From Hypanus sabinus (Eukaryota), in NCBI RefSeq assembly GCF_030144855.1, contig NC_082714.1:95976001-96040000 (forward strand): DNA of 64,000 bases, in the 5' to 3' direction. The notes under the pieces were generated by a model. The model saw nothing but the letters and a program-made list of their open reading frames with translations, had not been told where the DNA came from and ran no database searches. The translations under genes and the position numbers were made by a program. This document shows positions 61,751 through 64,000 of the stretch, in pieces. The stretch's first letter is position 1, and every line of letters begins with the position of its first letter.

Positions 61751-61866
61751 GGCCCCGCCGGGTGGCAGCTCACCAACGCAGTGAAACCCGCACTGGGGCT
61801 GTGCAGCCGCCTTCTGCAATGTAATTCTGTAGCAAATGTCCGTTTCTGGGAACTGGAAAAATGTTT

Positions 61867-61872
61867 AATAAA
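61867..61872 (+). terminator. IgL polyadenylation signal
   Basis: AATAAA 116 nt after the stop codon. Confidence 0.7.
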
Positions 61873-62449
61873 TATAGAGATGTATGTTTTGGTCGCTCAT
61901 CATTTGGTACACGTAATCCTATGCAGAATGTTTCTCACTATGCTGTGTCTAAACTTCTGTTTGTAAATTGGGGAGAGATCCACCAGGAGACGATTGAGAT
62001 TGAATTTTGTAACATGGCACTTAATAAAGAGACAACTTAGCGGTGGGTTCACAGTGGGTTTGTCTTTTGTCGGCTGCTCTCTGTTCGTCGAATGAAGTAG
62101 TAACGAGAAACATGACGAGCTTGAACTACCTTTCATAGATTACAGTCAAGTCAGTTCAAACGGCTTACCCGCCCCTGCTTATCAATGCCGATCTCCGTGT
62201 ACTCCATCTTCAAGGATCAACAATTAACTTTATTCACCGTATACAGTTCAATGCATTAGCAGTTGGCTGTGGTGTGTTAGCGTGACATGAAACAGGCATT
62301 CAAGAATTACAGGGAATAATTGCATAAAATTAAAGTTAGAAGTAAAATTCAGTATATGGAATATAATGAGCACAAATACATAAATAACAGCATCAATGTA
62401 CAATATAAGCAACATTATAAAACAAGGTTTAAAGTACTTACAGTACAGT

Positions 62450-64000
62450 GCAGACACTGGGATAATAGCACTTTAAAAGGCAGGACTTCTTTTCAGAGCG
62501 GGCAGCGGAGTCGGTGGAAGCAGAGTCCTGGGCTTTGGCTAAGTGGGCTTCGGCGTAAGGGGACTTCGGTAAGCTTGTGTGATTGCTCGCTGAGGGGAAG
62601 AAGGTAAGGTCGCTAGGTGCTTTTTAGACATTCTATTAATTCAGTTCAGGTATGGGGGAGACAGTCAGAGCAGTGGTGTGCTCCGTATGCAGTATGTGGG
62701 AGGTCAGGGTCAACACAGTTGTCCCTGATGACCACACCTGCAAAAGGTGCGTCCAGCTGCAGCTCCTATCAGCCCGAGTTAGGGAGTTGGAGCAGGAGCT
62801 GGATGAACTACGGATCATTCGGGAGGTGGAGGCAGAGATAGATAGGAGTTATCAGGAGGTAGTCACACCAAAAAACCAAGAAGTAGGCAGATGGGTGACG
62901 GTCCAGAGAGGCAGGGGGAGCAGGCAGAGAGAGCAGAGCACCCCTGCTGCCATTCCCATTAACAATAAGTATACCGTACTGGATACTGTTGATGGGGATG
63001 ACCTACCAGGAATGAGTTGTAGTAGTCCTGCCTCTGGCACAGAGGTTGAACCCTCAACTAGAAAGGGGAGGAGGGAAGAGAAGGGAGCGATAGTTTTAGG
63101 GGACTCTATAGTTAGGGGGGCAGATAGGAGATTTTGTGGGGCAGATCGGGAGTCTCGGATGGTATGTTGCCTCCCTGGTGCCAGGGTCCGGGACATTTCA
63201 GATCGGGTGCAGGCTATTCTTGAGAGTGAGGGCATGAACCCAGATGTAGTGGTCCATGTAGGGACCAATGATGTAGGTAAGGTGAGTGAGGGGGTCCTGC
63301 TTAGAGAGTTCAGGGAGTTAGGAGTGAAGCTGAAAGGCAGGACCTCCAGGGTGACAATCTCGGGATTGCTACTTGTGCCACGTGCGAGTGAGGCGAAGAA
63401 TAGAATGATTATGCACATTAATCCGAGCCTGAGAGCATGGTGCAGGAAGGAAGGGTTCAGGTTTTTGGATAATTGGTCTTTGTTCCAGGGACATTGGGAT
63501 CTGTTTCGAAGGGATAGTCTACATCTGAACCGGAGGGGTACTAACATTCTTGCAGGAGTATTTGCCAGTGCTGCTCGGGGGGGTTTAAACTAGATGTGCA
63601 GGGGGCAGGGATCCAGATCCAGAGGGTTGGTCAGAAGGTGCATGGGGTTAAATGGTTAAATGTGTACAAGGTTTGGGTGATCTTGAGAAGGTCATCAAAA
63701 TTCAGGGTGCAATTTGCCCGATGGAAGTTCAAGGAGCTGGGTTAGGTACAGTAGACAGTGTTTTAAGCAAAGAGAGGAGGAATGGGATAAGAATTCTACA
63801 CTTGAATGCGCGTAGTGTCAGAAATAAGACAGATGAGCTTGAAGCTCAGATGAAAATGGGGAACTACGATATTGTTGGGATAACGGAGACATGGCTGCAA
63901 GGGGATCAGGCCTGGGAATTGAGTGTACCAGGGTATACGTGCTATCGTAGAGACAGATATATGGGAAGAGGGGTAAAAAGAGGGGTAAGGGTAAAAAGAC
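62450..64000 (+). mobile_element. CR1 LINE 5' end (UTR, intact ORF1, ORF2 endonuclease start), runs off the window
   Basis: ORF1 62652-63593, then ILHLNARSVRNKTDEL...VGITETWL...GYTCYRRDR. Confidence 0.93.
62652..63593 (+). CDS. CR1 ORF1p: Zn-finger, coiled coil, SGNH/GDSL esterase (313 aa, open)
   Basis: CSVC...CKRC; LSARVRELEQELDELR; GDS, GTND and DSLH esterase blocks. Confidence 0.9.
   Translation: MGETVRAVVCSVCSMWEVRVNTVVPDDHTCKRCVQLQLLSARVRELEQELDELRIIREVEAEIDRSYQEVVTPKNQEVGRWVTVQRGRGSRQREQSTPAAIPINNKYTVLDTVDGDDLPGMSCSSPASGTEVEPSTRKGRREEKGAIVLGDSIVRGADRRFCGADRESRMVCCLPGARVRDISDRVQAILESEGMNPDVVVHVGTNDVGKVSEGVLLREFRELGVKLKGRTSRVTISGLLLVPRASEAKNRMIMHINPSLRAWCRKEGFRFLDNWSLFQGHWDLFRRDSLHLNRRGTNILAGVFASAARGGLN

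Noticed and set aside
62852-63547. 231-aa minus-strand ORF
   Set aside because: Antisense shadow of CR1 ORF1.

Overview
Repeat-dense vertebrate genomic DNA, inferred to be cartilaginous fish and probably a ray or skate, from the immunoglobulin type and repeat families. Most of the window is decayed retroelements: many CR1 LINEs, L1/Tx1, Rex1/Babar, RTE, Penelope remnants, a V-SINE, and one full-length chromodomain Gypsy LTR element with its target-site duplication (TSD). The host content is an immunoglobulin light-chain cluster region. (1) A complete leader / germline-joined VJ / C gene of the sigma-cart (type I/NS5) kind at 59978-61750 carries a 1-nt frameshift in V. (2) An orphan, decayed paralogous C exon lies at ~35.2 kb. 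(3) A copy of the IgL upstream flank at ~8.2-11.85 kb has no IgL gene behind it. (4) A decayed non-rearranging V(J)-type Ig-superfamily exon lies at ~21.6-22.0 kb. (5) An unidentified, decayed coding-like stretch spans ~18.1-20.6 kb. The window is a mosaic of internal segmental duplications. All alignments were done by eye and family names come from remembered motifs. No database search was run, and repeat boundaries are approximate unless a TSD or splice site is quoted.
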